From Candidatus Dadabacteria bacterium UBA1144 (GTDB lineage: Bacteria > Desulfobacterota_D > UBA1144), in contig DCAB01000012.1 in assembly GCA_002311855.1 (NCBI GenBank), positions 462,063-526,062 of the forward strand: a DNA stretch of 64,000 nucleotides, read 5' to 3'. This document shows, piece after piece, positions 40,051-50,240 of this stretch; position 1 is the stretch's first letter, and the number at the start of each line of letters is the position of its first letter. Under the pieces are notes generated by a model. That model was not told the origin of the DNA. It made no database searches and saw only the letters and a list, made by a program, of their open reading frames with translations. Made by a program: the position numbers and the translations under genes.

Positions 40051-42486
40051 TTGACTATTTCACCAGATCAAAATATTAAACCTACTGAGATTTATGATGA
40101 GCTCAAAGACTCTTATCTTAGCTATTCGTTAAGTGTAATTATAGGAAGGGCTTTGCCTGATGTCAGAGATGGTCTGAAGCCAGTTCATAGAAGATTGCTC
40201 TATGGAATGAAGGATTTAGGCCTAGATTTCAATAAATCCTATAAAAAATCCGCCAGAGTTGTTGGAGATGTGATGGGTAAATTTCATCCTCACGGTGACA
40301 GTGCCCTCTATGAGGCTCTAGTAAGAATGGCTCAAGATTTTTCCCTTAGATATCCACTCGTAGATGGTCAGGGGAACTTCGGTTCTGTCGACGGTGATCC
40401 TGCTGCTGCTATGCGATACACAGAAGTCAAGTTGTCAAAACTTTCATCACAAATCCTTGAAGATCTCGATAAAGAAACAGTCGATTTCATTGAAAATTAC
40501 GATGGCTCAACAAAAGAACCAAAAATATTACCATCAAAAATTCCTAATCTTTTACTTAATGGTGCGTCAGGAATCGCTGTTGGAATGTCAACGAATATCC
40601 CTCCACATAATTTCAAGGAGGTTACGACTTCGATAATTGAACAAATTAAAAATCCAAGAATAACAATAGATAGATTGTTGGAAATTGTGCCTGGACCCGA
40701 CTTTCCGACGGGAGGAATTATCCATGGTTCAAAAGATATTATTCAAGAAGCATATAAAACTGGAAGAGGAATAATTAAATTAAGAGGAGTCGCGCATGTA
40801 GAGCCCGAGACGAACAGAGTAATAATTACTGAAATTCCTTATCAAGTAAATAAAAGTAGATTAGTTGAAAAAATTGCTAATTTAGTTAGAAGTGAAAAGA
40901 TAAAAGGCATATCTGATATTCGTGATGAATCAAATAGGAAAGGGATAAGAATCGTTATTGATTCTAAAAGAGGTGAGGATCCTAATGTGCTTTTGAATAA
41001 TCTTTTTACATTAACCCCTCTTAGCACCAGTTTTGGAATCATTCTTTTAGCAATAGTCAATGGGAAACCAAAACTTTTAAATTTAAAAGAAATAAATCAA
41101 TGTTTTATTGATCATAGATTTGAAATAATTACTAAAAGATTTTTATTCGAGCTCAATAAATCCAAAAAACGACATCATATCCTCGAGGGTTTCAAGATTG
41201 CCTTGGATAATCTTGATAAAACAATAAAAATCATTAGAAAATCAAAAGAACCATCTGACGCTAAAAAATCACTAATGAAAGAACTTGGAACGACAGAAGT
41301 TCAAGCTCTTGCAATTCTTGATTTGCGACTTCAAAGACTCACGGGAATGGAACGTGAAAAGATTCATGATGAAAGAAAATTGCTTATTAGAAGAATTAAG
41401 GAAATAGAAAAAATTCTATCAAATGATGATGAAATTAACAGAATAATGATTTCAGAACTAGAGGAGCTAAGTACAAATTATGGTGATCATAGAAAAACGA
41501 GAATCGATGATCGTGATTTAAGTGCAATAACCGCTGAGGACCTAATAACTAAAGAAGATATGGTAGTAACATTAACGCATGAAGGATTCATAAAAAGAGC
41601 AGCATTGAGTTCATACAGAAGCCAAAAACGAGGTGGAGTGGGGAAAACTGGTGCAACGCGTAAGAACGATGACTTTGCCGAAACCGTCTTTGTTGCATCA
41701 ACTCATGATTATGTTGTTTTTTTTACAAATAAAGGAAAATGTTTTTGGAGAAAGGTACATGAACTACCGGAAGCAAGCTTAACAGCTAGAGGAAGGGGTT
41801 TGACCAATGTATTGAATCTATCCAATGAAGAGACGGTGAAAGCATTTGTCTGTGTAAGTAATTTTGATCAAGATAAATTTTTAATTATGACTACTAAGCG
41901 CGGTGTTGTTAAGAAAACAAAGCTCGAGGAGTATTCACGTCCTCGAACAAACGGAATAATTGCGATAAATTTAAAAAGTAATGATGAACTGATATCTGTT
42001 AACCCCAGTTCTGGACGAGATGAAATTCTGATTTCAACAAGAATGGGAAAAGCTATAAGATTTAGCGAGAAAAAAGTTAGGTCAGTTTCTAGAAATAGCA
42101 TGGGAGTCAAGGGAATGAGTCTAAAAAAAGATGATTATGTTGTTAGTTCTGAGGTAATAAAAAATAAGAACTCCCAAATTCTTACAGTTTCTGAAAATGG
42201 TTTCGGGAAAAGAACTCAGATTGAAAAGTACAGACTTACTTCGAGAGGAGGCAAGGGCGTAGTAACTCTTAAAATTACTGATAAGACTGGGGAGATTGTG
42301 AATGCCTTTCAAACCGATAAAGACTCAGACATAATTTTGGTTTCCTCGATTGGTAAAACCACAAGATTGAAAGCATCTGATATTTCTATAATCGGAAGAG
42401 CTACCCAGGGCGTAAAATTAATGAAAGTGAATGATAAGATTAAGATTGTTGCTGTAGCTAAGATAGCGGACAATACAAGTGAATAA
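40051..42486 (+). CDS. gyrA: DNA gyrase subunit A
   Basis: 811 aa with a TTG start. [48 protein letters not shown] and AAMRYTE (active-site Tyr region), plus C-terminal beta-pinwheel repeats. Confidence 0.95.
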   Translation: MTISPDQNIKPTEIYDELKDSYLSYSLSVIIGRALPDVRDGLKPVHRRLLYGMKDLGLDFNKSYKKSARVVGDVMGKFHPHGDSALYEALVRMAQDFSLRYPLVDGQGNFGSVDGDPAAAMRYTEVKLSKLSSQILEDLDKETVDFIENYDGSTKEPKILPSKIPNLLLNGASGIAVGMSTNIPPHNFKEVTTSIIEQIKNPRITIDRLLEIVPGPDFPTGGIIHGSKDIIQEAYKTGRGIIKLRGVAHVEPETNRVIITEIPYQVNKSRLVEKIANLVRSEKIKGISDIRDESNRKGIRIVIDSKRGEDPNVLLNNLFTLTPLSTSFGIILLAIVNGKPKLLNLKEINQCFIDHRFEIITKRFLFELNKSKKRHHILEGFKIALDNLDKTIKIIRKSKEPSDAKKSLMKELGTTEVQALAILDLRLQRLTGMEREKIHDERKLLIRRIKEIEKILSNDDEINRIMISELEELSTNYGDHRKTRIDDRDLSAITAEDLITKEDMVVTLTHEGFIKRAALSSYRSQKRGGVGKTGATRKNDDFAETVFVASTHDYVVFFTNKGKCFWRKVHELPEASLTARGRGLTNVLNLSNEETVKAFVCVSNFDQDKFLIMTTKRGVVKKTKLEEYSRPRTNGIIAINLKSNDELISVNPSSGRDEILISTRMGKAIRFSEKKVRSVSRNSMGVKGMSLKKDDYVVSSEVIKNKNSQILTVSENGFGKRTQIEKYRLTSRGGKGVVTLKITDKTGEIVNAFQTDKDSDIILVSSIGKTTRLKASDISIIGRATQGVKLMKVNDKIKIVAVAKIADNTSE

Positions 42487-42982
42487 TCTTTTTGTTGAAC
42501 TAAGAAATCTCTTTAAATCGATAGAAAATTATAATTGTTTTGTTTGCTCGGATACTAATCCAATTGGCCTTAATTTAGATATACAATTTAGAAAAAATAG
42601 TACTTATGCATATTTTAATTTATCAAATTTGTATTCTGGTTTCCCTTCCGTCGTACACGGAGGAATACAAGCAACTATAATCGATGAAATAGGTTTTTGG
42701 GCAATGTTTAATACCATAAAACGCTTGGGTTTTACAAAATCGCTTTCTGTTGAATACTTGTCAAAAATCGAGGTTAATAAGGAATTAAACGCAGTTGGGA
42801 AAATAATTGAGGTAACAGACGACTTGGTTAGTGTCGAAGTAGAAATATTATCAGATTCAAATTCCAAAACGAGAGGAATTGTCGAATATAAATTAATTAG
42901 TGATAACGTTATAAAGAAATATTTCGGGCTGGAATTTCATCAAAACTTTAATAGGATCATCAACAATGATAAAGCTCTATGA
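42479..42982 (+). CDS. PaaI-family hotdog-fold thioesterase
   Basis: 167 aa. [14 protein letters not shown] followed by [12 protein letters not shown] is typical of PaaI/YbgC-like thioesterases. Confidence 0.65.
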   Translation: MNNLFVELRNLFKSIENYNCFVCSDTNPIGLNLDIQFRKNSTYAYFNLSNLYSGFPSVVHGGIQATIIDEIGFWAMFNTIKRLGFTKSLSVEYLSKIEVNKELNAVGKIIEVTDDLVSVEVEILSDSNSKTRGIVEYKLISDNVIKKYFGLEFHQNFNRIINNDKAL

Positions 42983-43565
42983 CCATCCTCTGTCGGGAAA
43001 CTCTTACAAAGTAAAATTGCTACTTGTTCAAGCTGGATTAAGTTTTGAAACTATATTAATAGATGTTTTCAAGGGCGAAAATCACAAAACTGCGTTTACA
43101 AGAATTAATCCCGCTGCAAAAATTCCTGTTGTTGATGATGGCGGATATATAATCTGGGAATCAAATGCAATATTGATTTATTTAGCAGAAAAATATGCAA
43201 ATAATTATATCCCATTAGATATAAACCTAAGAGGCACCCTTTTTAAATGGTTACTTTTTAACAAGACTTCTTTGGATCCTTATCTAGCAAAATCTAGGGC
43301 AATTTTAAAGTTTGTTCCTAAGGGCAAACAAGATTTTAAAGAATTAGAACTTTTACGAACTGACGCAAAGAAAGGATTAAAAATCTTTAATCAACATTTA
43401 AAAAAAAGGAGCTTTATTGTCGATAACTATTCAATTGCCGACATTGCCTTTTATCCATATATCAAACTTTGTCACGAAGGCGAGATAGATTTAGAGCCTT
43501 TTAAAAATATACTTTCGTGGATTAGAAATGTAGAAAATACTGATAATTTCTTTGATATATACTGA
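42966..43565 (+). CDS. Glutathione S-transferase
   Basis: 199 aa. N-terminal thioredoxin-like fold: [40 protein letters not shown]. Confidence 0.85.
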   Translation: MIKLYDHPLSGNSYKVKLLLVQAGLSFETILIDVFKGENHKTAFTRINPAAKIPVVDDGGYIIWESNAILIYLAEKYANNYIPLDINLRGTLFKWLLFNKTSLDPYLAKSRAILKFVPKGKQDFKELELLRTDAKKGLKIFNQHLKKRSFIVDNYSIADIAFYPYIKLCHEGEIDLEPFKNILSWIRNVENTDNFFDIY

Positions 43566-43571
43566 AAAAAA

Positions 43572-43645
43572 AGCGGGAAACGGGACTCGAACCCGCGACC
43601 TTCTGCTTGGCAAGCAGGCGCTCTAGCCAACTGAGCTATTCCCGC
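43572..43645 (-). tRNA. tRNA-Gly (anticodon GCC)
   Basis: The reverse complement is GCGGGAATAGCTCAGTTGGCTAGAGCGCCTGCTTGCCAAGCAGAAGGTCGCGGGTTCGAGTCCCGTTTCCCGCT. Acceptor GCGGGAA/TTCCCGC, loop TTGCCAA, discriminator U, one C-A mismatch at 27-43. It is followed by a T8 run, and CCA is not encoded. Confidence 0.95.
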
Positions 43646-43704
43646 GCTCTAGACTTTAACTAATTATACTTCTATATTTTCTATGTCAAGATGGGAACAA
43701 TAAA

Positions 43705-44844
43705 ATGAAATATAGAAAAGAAATACTTGGAGAAATTAAGAGAGTTGTTATTAAAATTGGCTCAAAGGCACTTGCCAATAAAGAAAACAAAATTAGCTTG
43801 TCTAGAATAAAATACCTAGCTTCATCAGTCGACTATCTTAGGTCGAAAAATATTGAATGCCTAATAGTTTCATCTGGAGCGATTCTTGCTGGTAATGAGT
43901 TCTTCTCGCTAAATATAAAAAATTTAAATATTGTTAAAAAACAAGCACTAGCATCCTTAGGTCAGATTAAATTGATGAGCTACTATATAAAAGCGTTTCA
44001 ATCAAAAAAAATTGATGTATCCCAGCTATTATTAACAAATGATATTTTCGGAGACAGAAAACGATTCCTAAACACCAGAGCCACAATACTTGAACTTATC
44101 AAAATGAACATTACTCCAATTATAAATGAGAACGATACAGTATCAGTTGATGAAATAATGTTTGGAGATAACGATATACTTGCATCAAAAGTCGCATCTA
44201 TGATGGATGCAGATTGTTTAATACTTCTTACGGATATTGATGGATTATATAGTTCTAATCCAAAAAATAATAAAAAAGCTGAATTGATTCAAATTCTACA
44301 AGAAGATAAATTTGATTCACAAATCATTAATGATACATCTGCTGATATATCGTATGGAGGAATGAAATCCAAGATAGATGCGGCATTGGAAGTTTCTAAA
44401 TTTGGCATTCCAACGATTATAGCAAACGGTAAAAAGAAAGATGAGTTGTTAAAAATATTTAACTACGAAAATATTGGGACCGCAATAGTTCCTAATCCTG
44501 TCAAGATTAAAAATAGAAAAAAATGGATAGGCATAGGACCAAAATCTTCTGGAAAACTATTCCTTGACGATGGAGCATCGGATGCAATAACCAATAAAGG
44601 TAAAAGCTTACTACCTTCTGGTATTTTGAAAATTGAAGGGAAATTTTTTAAAGGTCAACAAGTAGTATGTTTCAATAACACTACCAATAAACCAATAGCG
44701 AAAGGCTTAATCTCTTATAGTGCAAAAGAAGTGGATTTAGTTAAAGGAAAGAAATCTACAGAAATAGAAAAAATATTGGGATATAAATACTCTGACGAAA
44801 TAATTAACAGAGATAATATGGTCATTTTACAATTTGCTATATAA
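43705..44844 (+). CDS. proB: Glutamate 5-kinase (with C-terminal PUA domain)
   Basis: 379 aa with VIKIGSKAL, IVSSGAI, NENDTVS..E..FGDND.LA, and the PUA region LPSGILKIEG.F..G. Confidence 0.9.
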   Translation: MKYRKEILGEIKRVVIKIGSKALANKENKISLSRIKYLASSVDYLRSKNIECLIVSSGAILAGNEFFSLNIKNLNIVKKQALASLGQIKLMSYYIKAFQSKKIDVSQLLLTNDIFGDRKRFLNTRATILELIKMNITPIINENDTVSVDEIMFGDNDILASKVASMMDADCLILLTDIDGLYSSNPKNNKKAELIQILQEDKFDSQIINDTSADISYGGMKSKIDAALEVSKFGIPTIIANGKKKDELLKIFNYENIGTAIVPNPVKIKNRKKWIGIGPKSSGKLFLDDGASDAITNKGKSLLPSGILKIEGKFFKGQQVVCFNNTTNKPIAKGLISYSAKEVDLVKGKKSTEIEKILGYKYSDEIINRDNMVILQFAI

Positions 44845-45865
44845 AATTAAAAGGATTTTCAGCGTCTACATCTCTGACTGGCTTATTTAAGAATTGTGTG
44901 TTTGACTCCTTTCTTTCGATTCTAATCTTCCCATTCTTGTTCTCGTATGCTACGAACTGAGATCCATATGTTTCTCTCGATATTGCATCCAAGATCATAG
45001 GGAAATTTTTTGCACCTATGAAGATTGAATGAATACATATTCCTAATTTTTTTGCTCTTTCTCTCTCTCGTTTCACTTCAGTATCACCCGACGTAGGAAT
45101 TCCATCGGTTATAAAAAGAATATGTTTATTTCTGAAGCCTCGGCCTTTAAAATCTGATATGGCATCTTTGAGTGCCTCTTCATAATTTGTATTTCCAGAG
45201 CACTCAGTCTTATTAGCTGACTTAAGAATTGTTTCATATTCTTTTGTGAAAAATTTTTCCTCTACTATAGTCTTAAATGATTTATGATTGAATTCTATAT
45301 ATCCTACCCTCATTTTTTTTGTTCTAGAGAGTTCTAGAACTGCTCTAACGACCGATGAAGACCATTCACTATATACGCCCATCATAGAGGTACTTATATC
45401 TCTCAGGATTGCTATTTCACCCCCCATCCTCTCTTTTTCTCTTTGATGGACTCTGGGTAGTTGGGGAGAAAGATTTTTTATCCAAATTGATGCATCCATT
45501 GGATCCACGTCTTCTATCTCATAAAATGAATTCATTCTTTTGTATCTCCTGGGAAGACCACCCGGATGTGTACCTTTCTTCGCTAGGCTTCTTTGTATAT
45601 TCCCCTCAAGGCATTTCATAACGACTTGAACATTTTGAGCGACTTCCGAATTATCTGAGACGCGCATTTTCGCTGCGTCAGTATCACCAGCTCTTTTAGA
45701 TTTAGTTGCGTAGATTTTTTCAGACAATGGGGTATTATCAATACCTCCTTCATCATCGTTTTTACTTTGGTTGTGTGGATCTGTTGGTACTTTTTCATCT
45801 GAATCCATTGGTTTTGAATTATCTTCACTAGTTAAATTACTCTGAAGCTCCTCTAATGCATCCAT
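44837..45865 (-). CDS. von Willebrand factor A (VWA) domain protein, partner of the upstream MoxR-like ATPase
   Basis: 342 aa from the first ATG. MIDAS residues are present: DISTS (DxSxS), then FITDGIPTSGD. The acidic low-complexity N-terminus continues upstream in the same frame with no start codon (see findings). Confidence 0.75.
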   Translation of the reverse strand: MDALEELQSNLTSEDNSKPMDSDEKVPTDPHNQSKNDDEGGIDNTPLSEKIYATKSKRAGDTDAAKMRVSDNSEVAQNVQVVMKCLEGNIQRSLAKKGTHPGGLPRRYKRMNSFYEIEDVDPMDASIWIKNLSPQLPRVHQREKERMGGEIAILRDISTSMMGVYSEWSSSVVRAVLELSRTKKMRVGYIEFNHKSFKTIVEEKFFTKEYETILKSANKTECSGNTNYEEALKDAISDFKGRGFRNKHILFITDGIPTSGDTEVKRERERAKKLGICIHSIFIGAKNFPMILDAISRETYGSQFVAYENKNGKIRIERKESNTQFLNKPVRDVDAENPFNFI

Positions 45866-45990
45866 AAAAATATTCTGAGCCTCATTGATTTGTTCTTCTG
45901 TTAGATCTGATTCTTTATCTTGATTAGAGCCAAGTTGTTTATTAGGTGAATCTTCTTCGTATTTTCTGCCTTCTCTTTTGTCTCTATTCT

Positions 45991-46935
45991 CTATTTCTTG
46001 GTCTTTTTTTTTTGGTTCTCTATAGATTCAAGTTTGTCTTCAGCAAGTTGCAGCATATCTTCAGGCACTCTAAAAGCTAACAAAAACTTTAGAGCTTTAA
46101 GGTCAGACAGATTGGCTTCGTCTCTTCCGTTTAAAACTGAATGAGCCTTTATGATTTTTATGGATTTAACCAGGAAAGTTCTGTCGGATATGACAGAATT
46201 TGATTCATTCAATTTCTGATCTTCTATCAGCCAGGTTACAAAACTTATAAGACCTTCTTGTACAGACGCCGGGACTATAACTTTTTTAAGCTTATCATAG
46301 CTTTCATCTAATGCCTTTTTTCCAACCTTTGTAACAAAATCATAGGATCCATTTTTTGTAGAATAAAGACTCACGATCTTCTTTGCATTGTCCCACTGTT
46401 TTCCATAAGATAAGCCACTTGCGTTGATTTGGATTACAAACCTATCAAGATTGGCTGGATCCAATGGCTCGTTGTAGTACTCGTCTGCAGTTGGATTACT
46501 TGTTGCAATGGCAGTTAGGAGAGGAATAGACTCCTGACCATATTTTCTTTCATTTAATATTCTTAGAAGAACGTTTAAAGACTCCCCAGGTGCTCTGGAA
46601 ATATCATCAAGCAATGCTATTTCTGAAGTTAGTATCCCTCCTTTGATAATATCTTGTCTAATTAGCTCGCCATTTTCTGTATCTTCTCTAGAAATTACAA
46701 GATCACCAACTAATTCTGATAGCCTTGTGTCTCTGTGCATTTGATAGAAAAAAAACTTCAATTCAGCAGATTTAGAGATTATCTCGGAAAGCATTGTTTT
46801 AGCTGTACCAGGAGGACCTTGAATGTATATGTGCTCTCTCGAGATTACTCCCAATAAAAGAGCTGTTTTGACGTCATCATGCCCTATGACCAGCTCGTCC
46901 ATTTCGTTTCTTAATACTTCAAAAGCATTAGACAT
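45991..46935 (-). CDS. MoxR/RavA-like AAA+ ATPase
   Basis: 314 aa with Walker A GPPGTAKT, a Walker B-like LLDDISRAP, and NVLLRILNER. Size and order resemble MoxR-family chaperone ATPases paired with VWA proteins. Confidence 0.85.
   Translation of the reverse strand: MSNAFEVLRNEMDELVIGHDDVKTALLLGVISREHIYIQGPPGTAKTMLSEIISKSAELKFFFYQMHRDTRLSELVGDLVISREDTENGELIRQDIIKGGILTSEIALLDDISRAPGESLNVLLRILNERKYGQESIPLLTAIATSNPTADEYYNEPLDPANLDRFVIQINASGLSYGKQWDNAKKIVSLYSTKNGSYDFVTKVGKKALDESYDKLKKVIVPASVQEGLISFVTWLIEDQKLNESNSVISDRTFLVKSIKIIKAHSVLNGRDEANLSDLKALKFLLAFRVPEDMLQLAEDKLESIENQKKKTKK
46003..46009 (-). other. Candidate -1 programmed ribosomal frameshift heptamer A_AAA_AAG (or homopolymer indel site)
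   Basis: The minus strand reads ...AAC CAA AAA AAA AAG ACC AAG AAA TAG in the AAA+ frame. The last seven bases of the A10G run form the dnaX-type X_XXY_YYZ motif in the correct phase. The -1 frame continues GAC CAA GAA ATA ... into the VWA ATG at 45865 without a stop. Confidence 0.3.
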
Positions 46936-47059
46936 TTAATAATCCTACGGAATGAGCATACCCTTACCTAAATCTACATTAATAAGATTTTATTTGCAAC
47001 CACAAAGAAATTGAAGATTTTATCATAAAAATGTTTTTATTTTATGCTAGATTAATTGC

Positions 47060-47722
47060 GTGAACCTTGAAAAGAAAATAGGATACAAATTTAAGAAAAA
47101 AAACCTTCTCCTGGAGTCTATAACCCATAAATCCTATGGTAATGAGAATGGTAAGCCTGATAATGAAAGACTAGAATTTCTTGGAGATTCGATAATTGGT
47201 TTGATAGTTGCTAAATATCTATATACATTGTTTCCAGACCACGACGAAGGTGATTTATCAAAATTAAAGAATCAAATTGTTAGTTCAAAATCATTTTGTA
47301 AAATCGCGAAAAAATTAGATCTTGGTAGTTTTATGTTATTGGGTAGAGGAGAGTTGAAATCAGGAGGAAGAAAAAGGGAATCAAACCTTGCTGGATTATT
47401 TGAAGCAATAGTAGGAGCGGTATATCTTGATTCCGGTCCTAGGGCAACAGAAATTTTTTTGAATAAATTCCTTTTAAATCAAGATTTTTCAAAAATAATT
47501 GACGAAGATTATAAATCTATTTTACAAATTATATCTCAGAAACAATTTGGTTCTGTTCCCAAATACCAAATTGATAAAGAAGTTGGACGACCTCACGATA
47601 AAAAATTTTATGTCTCTGTTTTTATTAATGACATAAAACAGTCTAGCGCAATAGGTAAAAGTAAGAAAATAGCCCAAAATAATTGTGCGATGAAAACCTT
47701 GAAAAAACTCAAGAATCTTTAA
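47060..47722 (+). CDS. rnc: Ribonuclease III
   Basis: 220 aa with a GTG start. N-terminal IGYKFKKKNLLLESITHKSY, signature ERLEFLGDS, and a C-terminal dsRBD (GRPHDKKFYVSV...GKSKKIAQNNCA). Confidence 0.9.
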   Translation: MNLEKKIGYKFKKKNLLLESITHKSYGNENGKPDNERLEFLGDSIIGLIVAKYLYTLFPDHDEGDLSKLKNQIVSSKSFCKIAKKLDLGSFMLLGRGELKSGGRKRESNLAGLFEAIVGAVYLDSGPRATEIFLNKFLLNQDFSKIIDEDYKSILQIISQKQFGSVPKYQIDKEVGRPHDKKFYVSVFINDIKQSSAIGKSKKIAQNNCAMKTLKKLKNL

Positions 47723-49145
47723 TTATACTAGAGTCAATTTTTAAGGCAGCAATTTTTTTTCTTAGAGAATTTTCGTCGATACCTAGTTTTCTACAAGAAA
47801 TCCGCAAATCCCCTTTGTTTTTAATTAATACTGATTCTATTAGAGGTTTATCAATTCGATTAATAATAAAATCATATAAATTAGTTTCTGGGAGATCTGA
47901 ATCATCAAATAAATTCTCAATTAATTTTACATAATTAACTTTATTGCTTATTAGTCCAGATTTTTTAAATGTTTTTGGCAGGTGTTCTCTTATAGAATCT
48001 GATGTTAGTTCAGAGTCGGGTACCATAAGAACAAGTTTTTTGATTGAATTTTCTAGCTCTCTAACGTTTCCTGGCCAATCATATTTTAGAAAAATATTTA
48101 GAAAATCATCATCGATGGACTTAGGTGACTCGTCTTTATTTGCATATTTAATAAGAAAGAAGTCAATCAAAAGAGGGATATCGGATTTCCTTTCTCTGAG
48201 TGTTGGAAGCTCGATATTAATAGAATTTAATCTAAAAAATAAATCTTCACGAAAATTTTTGTTTTCTACCTCTTTCTCAAGATTCTTGTTTGTAGAAGTT
48301 ATAATTCTACAATTGAAATTTACTGGTTTTTGTCCACCCAATCTATAAAATTTCCTTTCTTCTAAAACTCTTAGGAGTTTACTTTGGAGGTCGTAAGACA
48401 TATCTCCAATTTCATCTAAAAGGATTGTCCCACCGTTGGCTTCTTCAAATCTGCCGATTTTCTTAGCTGTGGCACCTGTAAATGCTCCTTTCTCGTAACC
48501 AAACAGTTCGCTTTCCAGCAGCTCGTTAGGTATAGCGGTTATATTAATTTGGACGTAATTCCCCTTAGAATTTTTACTGCTTAAGTGTACTGCTTTAGCA
48601 ATTAATTCTTTTCCAGTTCCGGATTCGCCAGTAATTAAAACAGTATGGTCCGAATTAGAAATACGTCCAACATCTTTAAAATTTTTTTTTATCTGTGGAG
48701 ATTTTCCGATTATGTCAAAATTGTCGTCTTTCTTTTCTTTTAAATCTTCTTCTAGTTTAATAATTTTATTCGTCTTAATTGAGTTCTTTATAGCTCTGTC
48801 GATTGTTAATGAAAAATCTGAATCAAAATCAAAAGGTTTGGTTATATAGTCATAAGCCCCCCTCTTGATAGCTTCAATGATATTGGCCATTGTATCTTGA
48901 GCTGTGATTATAATAATTGAACAGTTGTTACTTATTTCTTTTATTTTCTCTAAGTACTTTAAGGAATTTCCGTCTGGCAAATTAATATCGAGCAATATTA
49001 ATTCAAATTGAGTCTTTTTTAGAATGGAATAAGTCTCAGATAGTTTGCCCGCAGTATCTGTCTGATATCCTATTCCGTTTAAATGGATACTTAGTATTTT
49101 TCTTATGCTTTCTTCGTCGTCGACAATTAAAATTGATTCATTCAT
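47709..49145 (-). CDS. ntrC: Sigma-54-dependent response regulator, NtrC type
   Basis: 478 aa. REC domain (ILIVDDE...LLDINLPDG), AAA+ sigma-54 activator domain ([31 protein letters not shown]) and a C-terminal Fis-type HTH. Confidence 0.85.
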   Translation of the reverse strand: MNESILIVDDEESIRKILSIHLNGIGYQTDTAGKLSETYSILKKTQFELILLDINLPDGNSLKYLEKIKEISNNCSIIIITAQDTMANIIEAIKRGAYDYITKPFDFDSDFSLTIDRAIKNSIKTNKIIKLEEDLKEKKDDNFDIIGKSPQIKKNFKDVGRISNSDHTVLITGESGTGKELIAKAVHLSSKNSKGNYVQINITAIPNELLESELFGYEKGAFTGATAKKIGRFEEANGGTILLDEIGDMSYDLQSKLLRVLEERKFYRLGGQKPVNFNCRIITSTNKNLEKEVENKNFREDLFFRLNSINIELPTLRERKSDIPLLIDFFLIKYANKDESPKSIDDDFLNIFLKYDWPGNVRELENSIKKLVLMVPDSELTSDSIREHLPKTFKKSGLISNKVNYVKLIENLFDDSDLPETNLYDFIINRIDKPLIESVLIKNKGDLRISCRKLGIDENSLRKKIAALKIDSSIIKDS

Positions 49146-49172
49146 AAAAAAATTATACCCTAGTCTAGAAAA

Positions 49173-50240
49173 TTAATTCTCAGGTATGTAGATTTTAAAA
49201 TTGCCTCCATTGGCTTCAGGATGAGCCTCGATAAATCCTCCAAATTTATTTATTATCTTCTGGCTCAGGAATAATCCGATTCCTTGACCATTTTTTTTCG
49301 TTGAATAAAAAGGCTGGAAGATTTTGTTAATTTCATCTTCTTTAATACCTTTTCCTGAATCTTGAATATTAATTTCCAAGAGATTCTTATTGTTCAATTT
49401 GAAATCTTTAATTCTTTTGGTTGAGATACGAATTTCTCCTTTTTTTGATATAGAATCATAAGCATTTTTAACGATATTGAGTAAAACTATTCTGAGTAAT
49501 TCTTTGTCACATAATATTTCTGCTGATTCGAATTCAAAGGATACAAAAAAAGAAATATTTTTTCTTGTGGATTCTTTTGAGCAAAGATTGATTACTTCAT
49601 CTAACAATTTATGGATGTTGACTTTAGTAAAAGTAGCAGGAGAGTGAGGCTGGAGATATTTAAAAGTGTTAACGAGTTTCGATAGCCTAGTCGCCTCTTT
49701 CTCAATAATATTTGCACACTCTTTGATAATTTTCGAAGAGGTCCCTTGTGAATTGATTAGTTGGGCAGCTCCTTTGATACCGGCTAAAGGATTTTTGATT
49801 TCGTGACCAAGACCGTAAAAAAGCTGACTCATTAGTTTTTCTTCTTCTTCAAGTTTCGTTTTTTTATTTAGAATACTCATACCTTTAAGATTTGAAAACT
49901 GTATTAATATATATTCAAGTTCTAGAGGGAACTTTTCAAAATTCAAAATTGGTCTTATATAAACTGAAAGAATATTTTCTTTTCCTAGTAGATTTCTAAC
50001 CTTAATTTCATTAATATATTTAGTCTTTTGATCAATTTTTATATTTTTTATTAGATTTACAATCTGTTTGTCAAGCAAATTTATATTATTGTTTCTTTTA
50101 AGGCGTTGGCTCGAAGCCCCAATTATATTTTCTGCTTCTTGATTCATGAAGATCAAATTTGATTCGGCGTCTAATAATATTATTCCTTCCCTAATGTTGT
50201 CTAAGATGAGATCTTTGAAATTTATATTTATTTTTTCCAA
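49173..50240 (-). CDS. ntrB: Cytoplasmic PAS sensor histidine kinase, NtrB type
   Basis: 355 aa with no TM segment. N-terminal PAS domain, H-box GLGHEIKNPLAGIKGAAQLI (very NtrB-like) and HATPase_c (DSGKGI..., GQGIGL). Confidence 0.8.
   Translation of the reverse strand: MEKININFKDLILDNIREGIILLDAESNLIFMNQEAENIIGASSQRLKRNNNINLLDKQIVNLIKNIKIDQKTKYINEIKVRNLLGKENILSVYIRPILNFEKFPLELEYILIQFSNLKGMSILNKKTKLEEEEKLMSQLFYGLGHEIKNPLAGIKGAAQLINSQGTSSKIIKECANIIEKEATRLSKLVNTFKYLQPHSPATFTKVNIHKLLDEVINLCSKESTRKNISFFVSFEFESAEILCDKELLRIVLLNIVKNAYDSISKKGEIRISTKRIKDFKLNNKNLLEINIQDSGKGIKEDEINKIFQPFYSTKKNGQGIGLFLSQKIINKFGGFIEAHPEANGGNFKIYIPEN

Noticed and set aside
46004-46013. Treating the T10/A10 run by itself as evidence of phase variation
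   Set aside because: Runs of 8-10 A/T are common in coding regions of this AT-rich window, for example at 19501-19510, 48685-48693 and 56035-56044. The run alone is therefore not special. Only its phase (A_AAA_AAG) together with the stop-free, start-free downstream frame is noteworthy.
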